From: a virus
Lineage: Duplodnaviria > Caudoviricetes
Direction: 5' to 3' (one strand)
Length of the DNA: 64,000 nt
Virus record (IMG/VR): IMGVR_UViG_3300042010_000129
Coordinates: 247,965 to 311,964 of that record
Below, piece by piece: positions 54,540 through 62,846 of the stretch. Position numbers and translations under genes: made by a program. The notes under the pieces were generated by a model. The model was not told the origin of the DNA, made no database searches, and was given only the letters and a program-made list of their open reading frames with translations. Within the stretch, counting starts at the first letter, position 1. Every line of letters starts with the position of its first letter.

Positions 54540-56854
54540 TACGGTTCCAGATATTTTCGGATTTCATTGAGTTGGTCGGCGGCGCTGCCTTGGTGTTCAA
54601 AGCGCAGGCGTTCTTCCAACATTTTCAGAGTAAACAACCACTGCGGGTCTGGCGGGAAACGACCGAACTTTTCCATGCCTTCGTTTGCAAAACAGCCGGG
54701 ACTCGACAGGCGTTCCCCGTAGTGACCGGTTTTTTCGCTTGGGCCATTTGGGCCTTCCGGGCGGCCACTTGCCTTATTGCAGAGCAAATCGTTTTCCAGT
54801 TCTGCAACCGGACAACTTTCTTCGTGCAGTTCGTTGCCATACGTGCGCTGAATGCAGGTACATTCAGTGACCGGCACGCCGAGTTCGTCAGCCAGTTCGC
54901 GGCTCATGAAAACAGTTTCTGGCGTCAGAGTTGATTCGAGAATTGCATCACGCAATTTGTCGATCTTGACCGTTGCAACTTCTGCGATTTCTTCCAACGC
55001 AGCATTTGCAGCCTGCATCAGAATTTCGGTGTTGGTTGGCCCAGTGTCCGGAAGCGTTGGATCAATATCCTTCGGAGTGACCAAACGGTTTTCTTCTTGC
55101 GCTACGATTTTCAGCGCATCGCGCAGGTTTTCTTTTTCAACTGGAGTCCATGCACGCGCAGGACTGCCGGTCGGTGCAGTGAGAGAGCCGATTTCGGTCA
55201 AATCGAATTTGATATTCGGATCAACTGCGGGTGTATCGGCGCAGCCTTTCAGGAACAACCAATCCACACCTTCAACGCTGGTAACTTCCGCAACGTTGGT
55301 CAGCGTCAGAACTTCAACGATGTGTTTTTCGTCGTCCGGATGCAAATTGAATTTCCGGATGAAAACACTGACCTTCACACCACCGTCGAGGAAGTCGGTG
55401 ATATCTTTCGGGTTGAGATTTTCGATCATCGCGTAACTGATCAGCGGAACGTCGCGATCCGATTTAGGCCGGAACGGTTTGTATTCTTTGCCCTGATAAC
55501 CAGTTTTCACCGGGAAGGTTTTCGGCGGGAAAGTCCCGGCCTTCGGGCTGGCGCTGACTGCGGTCTTCTGCGCGTACTGCACGTTCGAAGTGTGAGGCCC
55601 TTTCACGATGCTGTCAGGGTTGCTCACGTCGTAATCGAAATCGACCAGATAACGCGTCACATCGCTGTGATGAATTCGCGTTGTTTCCACGATATCGAAA
55701 AGGCGATACGGCTCGCTCAAGTTTTCGCAATATTCGTCCATGATTGCGATGGCATCACTTGGGTCAGTGGTGCGGTGCGCAATGTACATGGAACCCGGCA
55801 CATATTCCAACGTCGGGTCGATAAACTCGGTGCCATCCCAACCCATCAGCACGCCGCTACTCGCCACGTCTTCAAAGATTTCCAAGAAACGATCTTTGTC
55901 GATGAAATGCTTTTCGCTGATTTCCGCGTACAACGAATCGCTGGTGAATGCGCCGCGATAATTCAGCATCCGTCCGCGCAGATCGTCAGAGAAAAGCGTC
56001 GGCAAATTGCTACGTGGTTTTTCTGCATGAGCTTGGGCCGCTGCACGATCTTCGGCCAGTGTTTCGTTGTGGTATTTCTTCAATGGTTCCGGAACATCTT
56101 TTTCCAGAACTGCAATCAGGCGCGCAGCCAAATCATCGTCCGATTCAGAGTCGGATTCGGCTGGTGTCTGGATAAGTTCCGCCAAAGCTTTCTGGTTTTG
56201 CACAACCGATTCGACGGTGACAGGTTCAACTTTGATTTCCGCTACCAATTCTGCGACTTTTTCCAACACAACTTCCACCGCGTCACCGAATTTTTCCAGA
56301 TCGGCAGGTGTTGGATTTGCAGGCAGCGCCTTCGATTTGGTTTCAATCGTTTCGTTGAGTAGCGAATAAACCGTGAGGTTTTTACTCAACATGCCGTCAG
56401 TAACCAGCTTGCGCAGCGGGTTGATCAGCGACGTTCCTTTTGCGAGGCCGAATTTTTGTGCGATAACGGCGGCGGTGCGAGGCACACCATCTGCCATGTA
56501 TTCCGCGATCATTTCAGGCGTGACTTTCATGGCCGTTCCATCGAGTGTTTCATTCGAGGTTTCCGGCACCGACTCCACAACTGGCACCGGGTCTGGTTTG
56601 GTTTCGATCACAGGCGCCAACGCGGCTTCAGCCTGTTTGCGTTCCTGTTGACGCTTTTTGAATTCATCGGAAATGGACAGGCGATTATTTTCCGTCGCCT
56701 GTACATAACCCGCCTGTTTCAGACGCTCAAGTGCCCGCGTCAATTGGCTGTGATGCTTTCGCAGTTCATCCCCGTAATAAGTCAGGGTGCGTCCTTGGTC
56801 ATTCTTGATTGCGTACAGCAGTTCTACCTCAATCGCGGACAGGTCTGTCATCAC
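54539..56854 (-). CDS. Large hypothetical protein with several HTH/winged-helix-like segments (771 aa)
   Basis: e.g. LTRALERLKQAGYV, AAVIAQKFGL...LRKLVTDGML, SRELADELGVPV. Confidence 0.55.
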   Translation of the reverse strand: MMTDLSAIEVELLYAIKNDQGRTLTYYGDELRKHHSQLTRALERLKQAGYVQATENNRLSISDEFKKRQQERKQAEAALAPVIETKPDPVPVVESVPETSNETLDGTAMKVTPEMIAEYMADGVPRTAAVIAQKFGLAKGTSLINPLRKLVTDGMLSKNLTVYSLLNETIETKSKALPANPTPADLEKFGDAVEVVLEKVAELVAEIKVEPVTVESVVQNQKALAELIQTPAESDSESDDDLAARLIAVLEKDVPEPLKKYHNETLAEDRAAAQAHAEKPRSNLPTLFSDDLRGRMLNYRGAFTSDSLYAEISEKHFIDKDRFLEIFEDVASSGVLMGWDGTEFIDPTLEYVPGSMYIAHRTTDPSDAIAIMDEYCENLSEPYRLFDIVETTRIHHSDVTRYLVDFDYDVSNPDSIVKGPHTSNVQYAQKTAVSASPKAGTFPPKTFPVKTGYQGKEYKPFRPKSDRDVPLISYAMIENLNPKDITDFLDGGVKVSVFIRKFNLHPDDEKHIVEVLTLTNVAEVTSVEGVDWLFLKGCADTPAVDPNIKFDLTEIGSLTAPTGSPARAWTPVEKENLRDALKIVAQEENRLVTPKDIDPTLPDTGPTNTEILMQAANAALEEIAEVATVKIDKLRDAILESTLTPETVFMSRELADELGVPVTECTCIQRTYGNELHEESCPVAELENDLLCNKASGRPEGPNGPSEKTGHYGERLSSPGCFANEGMEKFGRFPPDPQWLFTLKMLEERLRFEHQGSAADQLNEIRKYLEP

Positions 56855-58041
56855 TCTTTCTCGGCTAAAAACGCACCAACACTGGAATAGAACACGACCG
56901 TTTCATCAAGGGTCGCGGTGTTCAGTTTGAGTTCGATTTCACACAGCAAATTTTGCAGTTGGATCAGACTTTTGATTCCAGTCTTGACCTTTTCTTTTTT
57001 CGCCAGCGCGTCGAACAGCTTGCCGTTATACGGCGTGTACTTGTTCATGCCGGTATGCTCGCCAATTCGATATTCGATCAGCCAGCGGACTTTGTTCAGC
57101 AGTCCGCGCACACCGCCACAGATTTTGGCAGCTTGCACAACCTTGACATAATCTTTCTGGAAAACTGCGGCCAAGAAATGCGCAGAAGTTTCGTCCAGAT
57201 CCGCTTCGATATCCACGAACGAACTGAGGTCGTCAGGATTGTATTTCTTGCCCGAAGCGAGGATAGAAAGAAAAATATCCAGCTTCGACACTGCTTCACG
57301 CAAAGAGCCGTTACTGGATTCTGCAATTGTGGTCAGGGCCTTTTTCGCTTCCTTCTTGATCGTGTGACCTTCGGCTTCCGCGATCACAGACATGCGATCA
57401 ACCAGCGTTGGAATGTCGATTTGCTTCAGACGGAAATGCGTGCAGCGACTAACCAAAGTTTTGTGTACTGCTTCCGGGTTCGTTGTGCAGAGAATCCAGA
57501 TTGTGTTCGGTGGTGGGTTTTCAGTTGCGGTCAACAACGCTTTTTCAGACGGGCCGCGCAGGGCGTGAACTTCGTCGAGAATGAAAACGCGTTTGCGGGT
57601 GTTCGGCGCGTTGTTCGCGGCGGCGATCAGATTACGGATGCTGGCAATGGAACCATCGACCGCGCAATCGTAATAGGAAACGTCCGGGTGTTTCTTGAAC
57701 TGGCAGCTATAGCATTTGCCGCACAGGTTCAGTTTTTCGCAGTTCACTTGCCGACTGAAGATCAGGGCGAACGTGGTTTTACCGCAACCGTAATGCCCGG
57801 AGAACATCAGCGACGACGGAACTTTTTGACGCTTGAACATGCCTTCGATTGCCGACGTTGCATGATCCTGACCAACCACGTCTGCCAGTTTGCGCGGTCG
57901 ATATTCGTTCGCCAGTTGCGAAGTTTCCAGCGTCAGTTTCTCGCCGGATTTCTCACTGACTTTTTTCTTCGCCTTTTTCACATTGGCTTCGGTGTCGGAC
58001 TTGAACGTTTTGACTTTCTTTTTTACTTTATCGGTTGCCAT
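56851..58041 (-). CDS. dnaX: Clamp loader, DNA Pol III gamma/tau-like AAA+ ATPase (396 aa)
   Basis: YRPRKLADVVGQ, Walker A GHYGCGKTT, Zn module C..CGKCYSC, Walker B ILDEVH, SRC motif. Confidence 0.9.
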   Translation of the reverse strand: MATDKVKKKVKTFKSDTEANVKKAKKKVSEKSGEKLTLETSQLANEYRPRKLADVVGQDHATSAIEGMFKRQKVPSSLMFSGHYGCGKTTFALIFSRQVNCEKLNLCGKCYSCQFKKHPDVSYYDCAVDGSIASIRNLIAAANNAPNTRKRVFILDEVHALRGPSEKALLTATENPPPNTIWILCTTNPEAVHKTLVSRCTHFRLKQIDIPTLVDRMSVIAEAEGHTIKKEAKKALTTIAESSNGSLREAVSKLDIFLSILASGKKYNPDDLSSFVDIEADLDETSAHFLAAVFQKDYVKVVQAAKICGGVRGLLNKVRWLIEYRIGEHTGMNKYTPYNGKLFDALAKKEKVKTGIKSLIQLQNLLCEIELKLNTATLDETVVFYSSVGAFLAEKE

Positions 58042-58071
58042 GTCACAGCCTACGTTAGAGGGTATAGGTTA

Positions 58072-58083
58072 TATTTACAGTAT
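58072..58083 (-). promoter_or_regulatory. ATACTGTAAATA motif
   Basis: 31 nt upstream of the dnaX start. Confidence 0.6.
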
Positions 58084-58332
58084 GGCGGCGTTTGCTTTCT
58101 TCGCTGCGTATACACGCACGGCTTTGCGAGCCTCGGCCTCAGATGCCCCCGCATCAATTGCCCGGCGATAAATTTCACGCTCCATACGGCGCTGGCTACG
58201 GCTTTTGTGTGGCCGTTTGACCCGTGGTTTTTTCACAGGCTTTTTCGGTTGTGCAATGTACGTCAACAGGCCGACAGAAAGCCCGATACCGATAGCCCAA
58301 TAAAAAACATTGATCCAGTCGTCAACTGTCAT
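58075..58332 (-). CDS. Small membrane-anchored basic protein (85 aa)
   Basis: N-terminal hydrophobic helix, then a K/R-rich tail. Confidence 0.6.
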   Translation of the reverse strand: MTVDDWINVFYWAIGIGLSVGLLTYIAQPKKPVKKPRVKRPHKSRSQRRMEREIYRRAIDAGASEAEARKAVRVYAAKKANAAIL

Positions 58333-58580
58333 TTGTTTTTACCCACGGGATAATATTTTAGCAGCAGCCGAACAGGATCGGCGTTGCCATAGACGTAGAC
58401 GGGATATTCACGCCCGCCTGTACCGTTGATAACCACTCGTTTGTAGACCCATGCGTTCATGGCGAGGGGATCAACGCTAACCGGTTCACCACGTATTAAA
58501 ACTTGTGGTGTATCGACCAACACTTCACGCCACTCGCCATCCGCTGGCCCACCGAAAAACAAACAGTCTTCGGTTTTCAT
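58329..58580 (-). CDS. Hypothetical protein (83 aa)
   Basis: LFFGGPADG N-terminal motif, common in small phage proteins. Confidence 0.55.
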   Translation of the reverse strand: MKTEDCLFFGGPADGEWREVLVDTPQVLIRGEPVSVDPLAMNAWVYKRVVINGTGGREYPVYVYGNADPVRLLLKYYPVGKNK

Positions 58581-58586
58581 TTGGCC

Positions 58587-59822
58587 TTACTCAGCGATTG
58601 CTGCTTTCAGAGTTTTATCCAGAAGTTTCTGAACAGTTTTCGGAATGGATTTGCCGGTCAGGGAAAGCGCGAAGGCCTCGGCAAACATTTCCTGCACGTT
58701 GGTGCCTGCGTATTCGCCCATCAACGCCGTTACCGAATCGGTGTTGGAGAACGAAGCCGAAGTCGGCCAGATTTCCGCCAGCACTTTGCTGTTTTGATTA
58801 AGCAAAACGTTCGCATCTTCCGGCGTCATTTTGTGAACTTTCTTCAGGTACGAAAGCGCTTCTTTGAACAGGGCCAGTTCATCCTCTTCGAGGTCGCGTT
58901 GGAATTCGCGGATGCTCATTTGAGAATTGACCAGCGATTGACACAACGATTCCATGTCCGATTTCTTGGCCTTGGAAACTTTGGTCATCGTGTTGTACTG
59001 TTCCAGCCACAGCGCACGGATTTTTTCAGGCACGAAGCGATACCACACAGCGTGGCCGATTTCGTGAATGAAAATGTACTGGTTGTAGATTTGATCTTCC
59101 ACGATTTTCGGGAAGAGTTTAATCAGGTCAACCGCTTCGCCGGTCTTGAAGCTGACCGAGTAGGTGCCCGCCCACTTGCCTTTCGGGTTGTGAACTTCGA
59201 TACGGCTGATCGGGAAAACTTTTTCCAGATCGAGGTCAGTGATTTTCTTGTGCGCTTTTTTCACACCGATGCGGATCGCTTCTTTCTCGGCGTCGGAACA
59301 CTTGCGATAGAAGTGCATCGGGCCAATCGGTGTGTCGATTTCGCCAAGGTGCGGCATGATTTCCACACCGAAAACTTTACCCGGCTTCGGATCTTTGCCG
59401 AGGTTGGCAATCAGCGTGTTCGCGTCGTATTCGATGGCGACCGGCTCATTGGTATTCAGCGATTCTTCCAGATACGCAGTGTTGCGTTTCGGGCTGTGCG
59501 CGAATGCCAGTTTATTTTTCTTGCCGATTTGGACAATGATGTAATCGTCCTGCTCGACAGGCAGTTGGACTTTAGCGTCGGCTGCTGCCACTTCGGTTTT
59601 CTTTTTCTTTTTTACCTTGCCGTCGCCCGCTTTGGTGCCGCTCACGTCACGACCGAGGTCTTTCATTTTCGGCTTGAGGTCGAGGCCTTCCGACTTCACC
59701 AAACCTTTTTTCTTTTTCTTTTTCGGCGCGTCTTCTACGACGACTTTCTTTTTCTTTTTCGGTGCAACGTCTTCGCTGCTACTCTTCTTCTTTTTCTTCT
59801 TTTTCTTCAGGTCATCACTCAT
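58587..59822 (-). CDS. Putative zinc metallopeptidase (HExxH) with poly-Lys N-terminus (411 aa)
   Basis: FIHEIGHAVW plus downstream EMFAEAF (third-ligand Glu motif). Confidence 0.6.
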   Translation of the reverse strand: MSDDLKKKKKKKKSSSEDVAPKKKKKVVVEDAPKKKKKKGLVKSEGLDLKPKMKDLGRDVSGTKAGDGKVKKKKKTEVAAADAKVQLPVEQDDYIIVQIGKKNKLAFAHSPKRNTAYLEESLNTNEPVAIEYDANTLIANLGKDPKPGKVFGVEIMPHLGEIDTPIGPMHFYRKCSDAEKEAIRIGVKKAHKKITDLDLEKVFPISRIEVHNPKGKWAGTYSVSFKTGEAVDLIKLFPKIVEDQIYNQYIFIHEIGHAVWYRFVPEKIRALWLEQYNTMTKVSKAKKSDMESLCQSLVNSQMSIREFQRDLEEDELALFKEALSYLKKVHKMTPEDANVLLNQNSKVLAEIWPTSASFSNTDSVTALMGEYAGTNVQEMFAEAFALSLTGKSIPKTVQKLLDKTLKAAIAE

Positions 59823-60108
59823 GTGTTTCTCCAGTATTTAGTTTTGGGTCGTAAGGCAAACCCGTTTTAGCGTGAAAGAATTTCGCGTTTGCATCCGGCT
59901 TGGTCAGCAAGGGATGGCTGTAGAAAACATCACCGCCTGAAATAGGTTGGGAAATAATACCGCCCTCGAATTCCAGTTCGCGGACTTCGATAATCGCATG
60001 CGGGTTGTTTTTCCACACGGTGGTTTTCCAGCGCTCGCCCATGATCCAACCGCCTGCGAATTTCACAGGTTCGTTTTGCGCGTTGTAGGAATTGCGCCAG
60101 ACCTTCAC
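59815..60108 (-). CDS. Hypothetical protein, paralog of 60373..60720 (97 aa)
   Basis: VWRNSY..FAGGWIMG..FF.A.TG.PYD. Confidence 0.6.
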   Translation of the reverse strand: MKVWRNSYNAQNEPVKFAGGWIMGERWKTTVWKNNPHAIIEVRELEFEGGIISQPISGGDVFYSHPLLTKPDANAKFFHAKTGLPYDPKLNTGETHE

Positions 60109-60407
60109 GGCATAAGCCAGTGTTTAGGTTGGTGGGCGGCGAACCACTTTTCGTCACGTTCTTCGCTGACAGAAAAAAGCTGCGATCCATCTGCCATGTC
60201 AGTCATGGTAATCAGATGGCCGAATTGTTCGCTGCTCAAAACTTCGTTGTGTGTCGGCACCGGGTCAAACGGTTTCATGTTTTTATGCCGGAACATAAAC
60301 GCGATATCTTCGGAATCCGTGTAAACGGCGACGGAACGAAAACCGTATTGGCTCAAGATTCCCGAATCACGCTCAAGCAGTTTGATCAGGGGTTTCGTCG
60401 GAGTCAT
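60105..60407 (-). CDS. Hypothetical protein (100 aa)
   Basis: ATGA-coupled ORF. Confidence 0.5.
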   Translation of the reverse strand: MTPTKPLIKLLERDSGILSQYGFRSVAVYTDSEDIAFMFRHKNMKPFDPVPTHNEVLSSEQFGHLITMTDMADGSQLFSVSEERDEKWFAAHQPKHWLMP

Positions 60408-60720
60408 CGCGGGCTTCCTCAGTGTATTTGACCGGGCCGTCGTAGGGTTCGTGGGTGACAGCGTTGAAAAACACCGAACGATTTCGAGATTTCAACGTAG
60501 ACAATCGGTGTGCTTCCACCATCACATCACCATTCACAAACACGGCGCTGTGCAGGGCGCTAAATGGAACGGTGCGACGTTCGATAATCGTATCGCGACT
60601 AGCCCATTTCTTTTTCTTCCAGTCGCTGCCCAACATCCAGCCACCGGAAAACGTAGGCTCTTTGCCGGGCGCCTGAAACGAATGGCGCCACACGTGAACA
60701 GTCGAAAATGATTTAGCCAT
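60373..60720 (-). CDS. Hypothetical protein, paralog of 59815..60108 (115 aa)
   Basis: VWRHSF..FSGGWMLG..FFNAVTHEPYD; start MAKSF overlaps the upstream stop. Confidence 0.6.
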   Translation of the reverse strand: MAKSFSTVHVWRHSFQAPGKEPTFSGGWMLGSDWKKKKWASRDTIIERRTVPFSALHSAVFVNGDVMVEAHRLSTLKSRNRSVFFNAVTHEPYDGPVKYTEEARDDSDETPDQTA

Positions 60721-60988
60721 CTTTGCGATCCCATTTCCATACGAGGTCAACATCGAAACCCATGGTGCCCAACGCATGCACCAATTTATCCAGCGGAATT
60801 TCGAAAAGATCACCCTGATTCATCTGCACGATTTCTTCCGCTGTAAACTGGAAGTTTTCGAGGACGTATTCGGGCGTCCAGCCCTGTTTGCGAATCTCAC
60901 GAATGACGCGAGCGAACGCCTGCGATTTGGTGTGCTTCACAGCAGCATCGCCCGGCGTGTCGAATTGTTTGAAAATGTTTTTGCTCAT
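60713..60988 (-). CDS. HigA/XRE (HTH_37)-like protein (91 aa)
   Basis: MSKNIF...IREIRKQGWT...NQGDLFEIPLDKLVHALGTMGFDVDLV resembles HTH_37-type proteins. Confidence 0.55.
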   Translation of the reverse strand: MSKNIFKQFDTPGDAAVKHTKSQAFARVIREIRKQGWTPEYVLENFQFTAEEIVQMNQGDLFEIPLDKLVHALGTMGFDVDLVWKWDRKDG

Positions 60989-61536
60989 ACTTTCGGTTCC
61001 ATATCGAAATAATCCGGATGGTAATCGAAAGCCTGTTGCAACGTGCCATCGAGCATGTAATCGTACAGGGTGCCCATATGTTCCTGCGCCGTCACGTGGT
61101 GCGAAAATCCGCTGGTGTCCGGCCAGTTACGATTGGTGCCGTTTTCGAACACTTTGGAACTGGTACGAATCCACGGCGACAGCGTGCCGTCTGGCAGCGA
61201 ATGTTTTGCCAGATAAATCGTTTTACGATCACGACCGCCCAAATGTTTGCGTTCGATTGCAGCGTTGTGCATTTGTTTTGCAATCCACTGGCGCGGATCG
61301 AACGCATCGTCTTCTTGCACTTCGCACAAAATCTTCTGAACCTGATAATGGCACGAGTGCTTGCCTTCGAGGTACGTCAGGATTTCGTTGTATTTCTGTT
61401 CGCTAATGGTTTCCCACTCGCCCCAGCCAGCCGCGATATCCTCGGCGCTGAACTCACGGTTGCGCGTGCCGTAGTAGACGTTGGAATCCCACGAACGGTA
61501 ACGGTACGAATAGAAGACTTCAGTTTTTTGCGTCAT
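60985..61536 (-). CDS. Hypothetical protein (183 aa)
   Basis: ATGA-coupled ORF. Confidence 0.55.
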   Translation of the reverse strand: MTQKTEVFYSYRYRSWDSNVYYGTRNREFSAEDIAAGWGEWETISEQKYNEILTYLEGKHSCHYQVQKILCEVQEDDAFDPRQWIAKQMHNAAIERKHLGGRDRKTIYLAKHSLPDGTLSPWIRTSSKVFENGTNRNWPDTSGFSHHVTAQEHMGTLYDYMLDGTLQQAFDYHPDYFDMEPKV

Positions 61537-62203
61537 TGCCGATTTCCTTAACAGGGTTGGCTTGGGAAATCATTTCGCCAAGTTCTTTGGTCATCCAACC
61601 ATTTGCAATCTGGTCGTTTTCGATGATGCCCATGTATTTGAAACCGGCGTCAGTGTTGAATTGGAAGGCGCCGCCCGCGTTCATGGTTTCGTTGAAACGC
61701 TTCACGGTTTTCGCCCAAACTTTTCCGTTCTGGCCGACGTAGAAAACGAACACCGGATATTCTTCGCGTTTGTCTTCGCGTGCGCCTTCGTTGGCGAATC
61801 CGAGAACCAGATACGGAATGCTGTTCGTGTGGTGCGTGTAGATCGAACCGAGGCCCGGCAGAACGTCGTCGCCCACAACCGTGGTGCCGAACGCAGGCAC
61901 AGGGGATTCGATGCGCACAGGCGGTTTGTTGATGATCGACAGGCTACCCATTTCGTGCGGGTAGAAAAGTTTCGTGATGCCTGTCGAAACATGCACGCCA
62001 ACCATTACCGAATCATCGGCGGCGGTTACGTCGTAAGTTTCTTTGTGGTGGTCAACGATTTGGTGCTGACCGGGAATGCACGAACGATAACGCAGCACAC
62101 CGTTTTTTACCGTGACATTGTAAACGGGGCCGCTATTGCGCAGGGCCAGCAGCTGATCAAGCAGTTCGTTTACTTGCGCTTCAGAATAACTCATTATTTT
62201 CAC
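61520..62203 (-). CDS. Hypothetical protein with DUF1653-like C-terminal domain (227 aa)
   Basis: GSIYTHH..PYLVLGFAN...VFYVGQNGKVWAKTVKRF. Confidence 0.5.
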   Translation of the reverse strand: MKIMSYSEAQVNELLDQLLALRNSGPVYNVTVKNGVLRYRSCIPGQHQIVDHHKETYDVTAADDSVMVGVHVSTGITKLFYPHEMGSLSIINKPPVRIESPVPAFGTTVVGDDVLPGLGSIYTHHTNSIPYLVLGFANEGAREDKREEYPVFVFYVGQNGKVWAKTVKRFNETMNAGGAFQFNTDAGFKYMGIIENDQIANGWMTKELGEMISQANPVKEIGNDAKN

Positions 62204-62826
62204 ATACCTTGAATTTTGTTTTGCAGTAGGAGAACCATCGCGTATCCGTGGGCCGCTACGTGCTGGCCGGAATCGCAGGTTCCACGATACGCATTGCTGA
62301 TTACTGCTACCGGGTCAAAGTCGAGTGGCAATTCTGCCGCATCGCAAATTCCCAAAAGCTTTTCGATTAATTCAGGCATCACCGTAATAGGCAATGGCTG
62401 CATTTGTGTTTGCAGACGAAGCGTCGGATCTTTCAAACTGATACGACCGCGCACGTCCGAGAATTGAACGTAGACCCGATCATTGGCTACCAGCACCCGG
62501 ACTTTTTTCCAGATATCGCTGGTGTCGCCGGAAAGCATTACCGATTCAACGAAGTTATCGAAATTGTTGCGCACGAAATTAATCAGTGTGCTTTCGACGT
62601 TCACCCGATCCAATTCCGCCTGAAGATCCCGACAGGCTTTGGCTTTGGTGCCACTCGGTCGCCAGTATCCCAAACCGTTTGGAATCGTGTACGGGCGCTT
62701 TTCTTTAAAGCCGACTGCGGTGCCATTTTCGAAATAGTAGAGACTGTTATCGTGAAGGCAAAACCCATCGGCAATAGCGCGGCACGAATTTACAAACGGT
62801 CTATCAAAGATACTGACCTCAAGCAT
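62200..62826 (-). CDS. Hypothetical protein (208 aa)
   Basis: Preceded 36 nt upstream by the variant motif ATACTGTAAAA (62862-62872). Confidence 0.55.
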   Translation of the reverse strand: MLEVSIFDRPFVNSCRAIADGFCLHDNSLYYFENGTAVGFKEKRPYTIPNGLGYWRPSGTKAKACRDLQAELDRVNVESTLINFVRNNFDNFVESVMLSGDTSDIWKKVRVLVANDRVYVQFSDVRGRISLKDPTLRLQTQMQPLPITVMPELIEKLLGICDAAELPLDFDPVAVISNAYRGTCDSGQHVAAHGYAMVLLLQNKIQGM

Positions 62827-62846
62827 AAGCGGTTCCTAGAAATGGT

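Noticed and set aside
56380-56530. Winged helix as a Z-DNA-binding (Zalpha) domain
   Set aside because: Lacks the conserved Asn/Tyr/Trp of Zalpha; only a generic wHTH.
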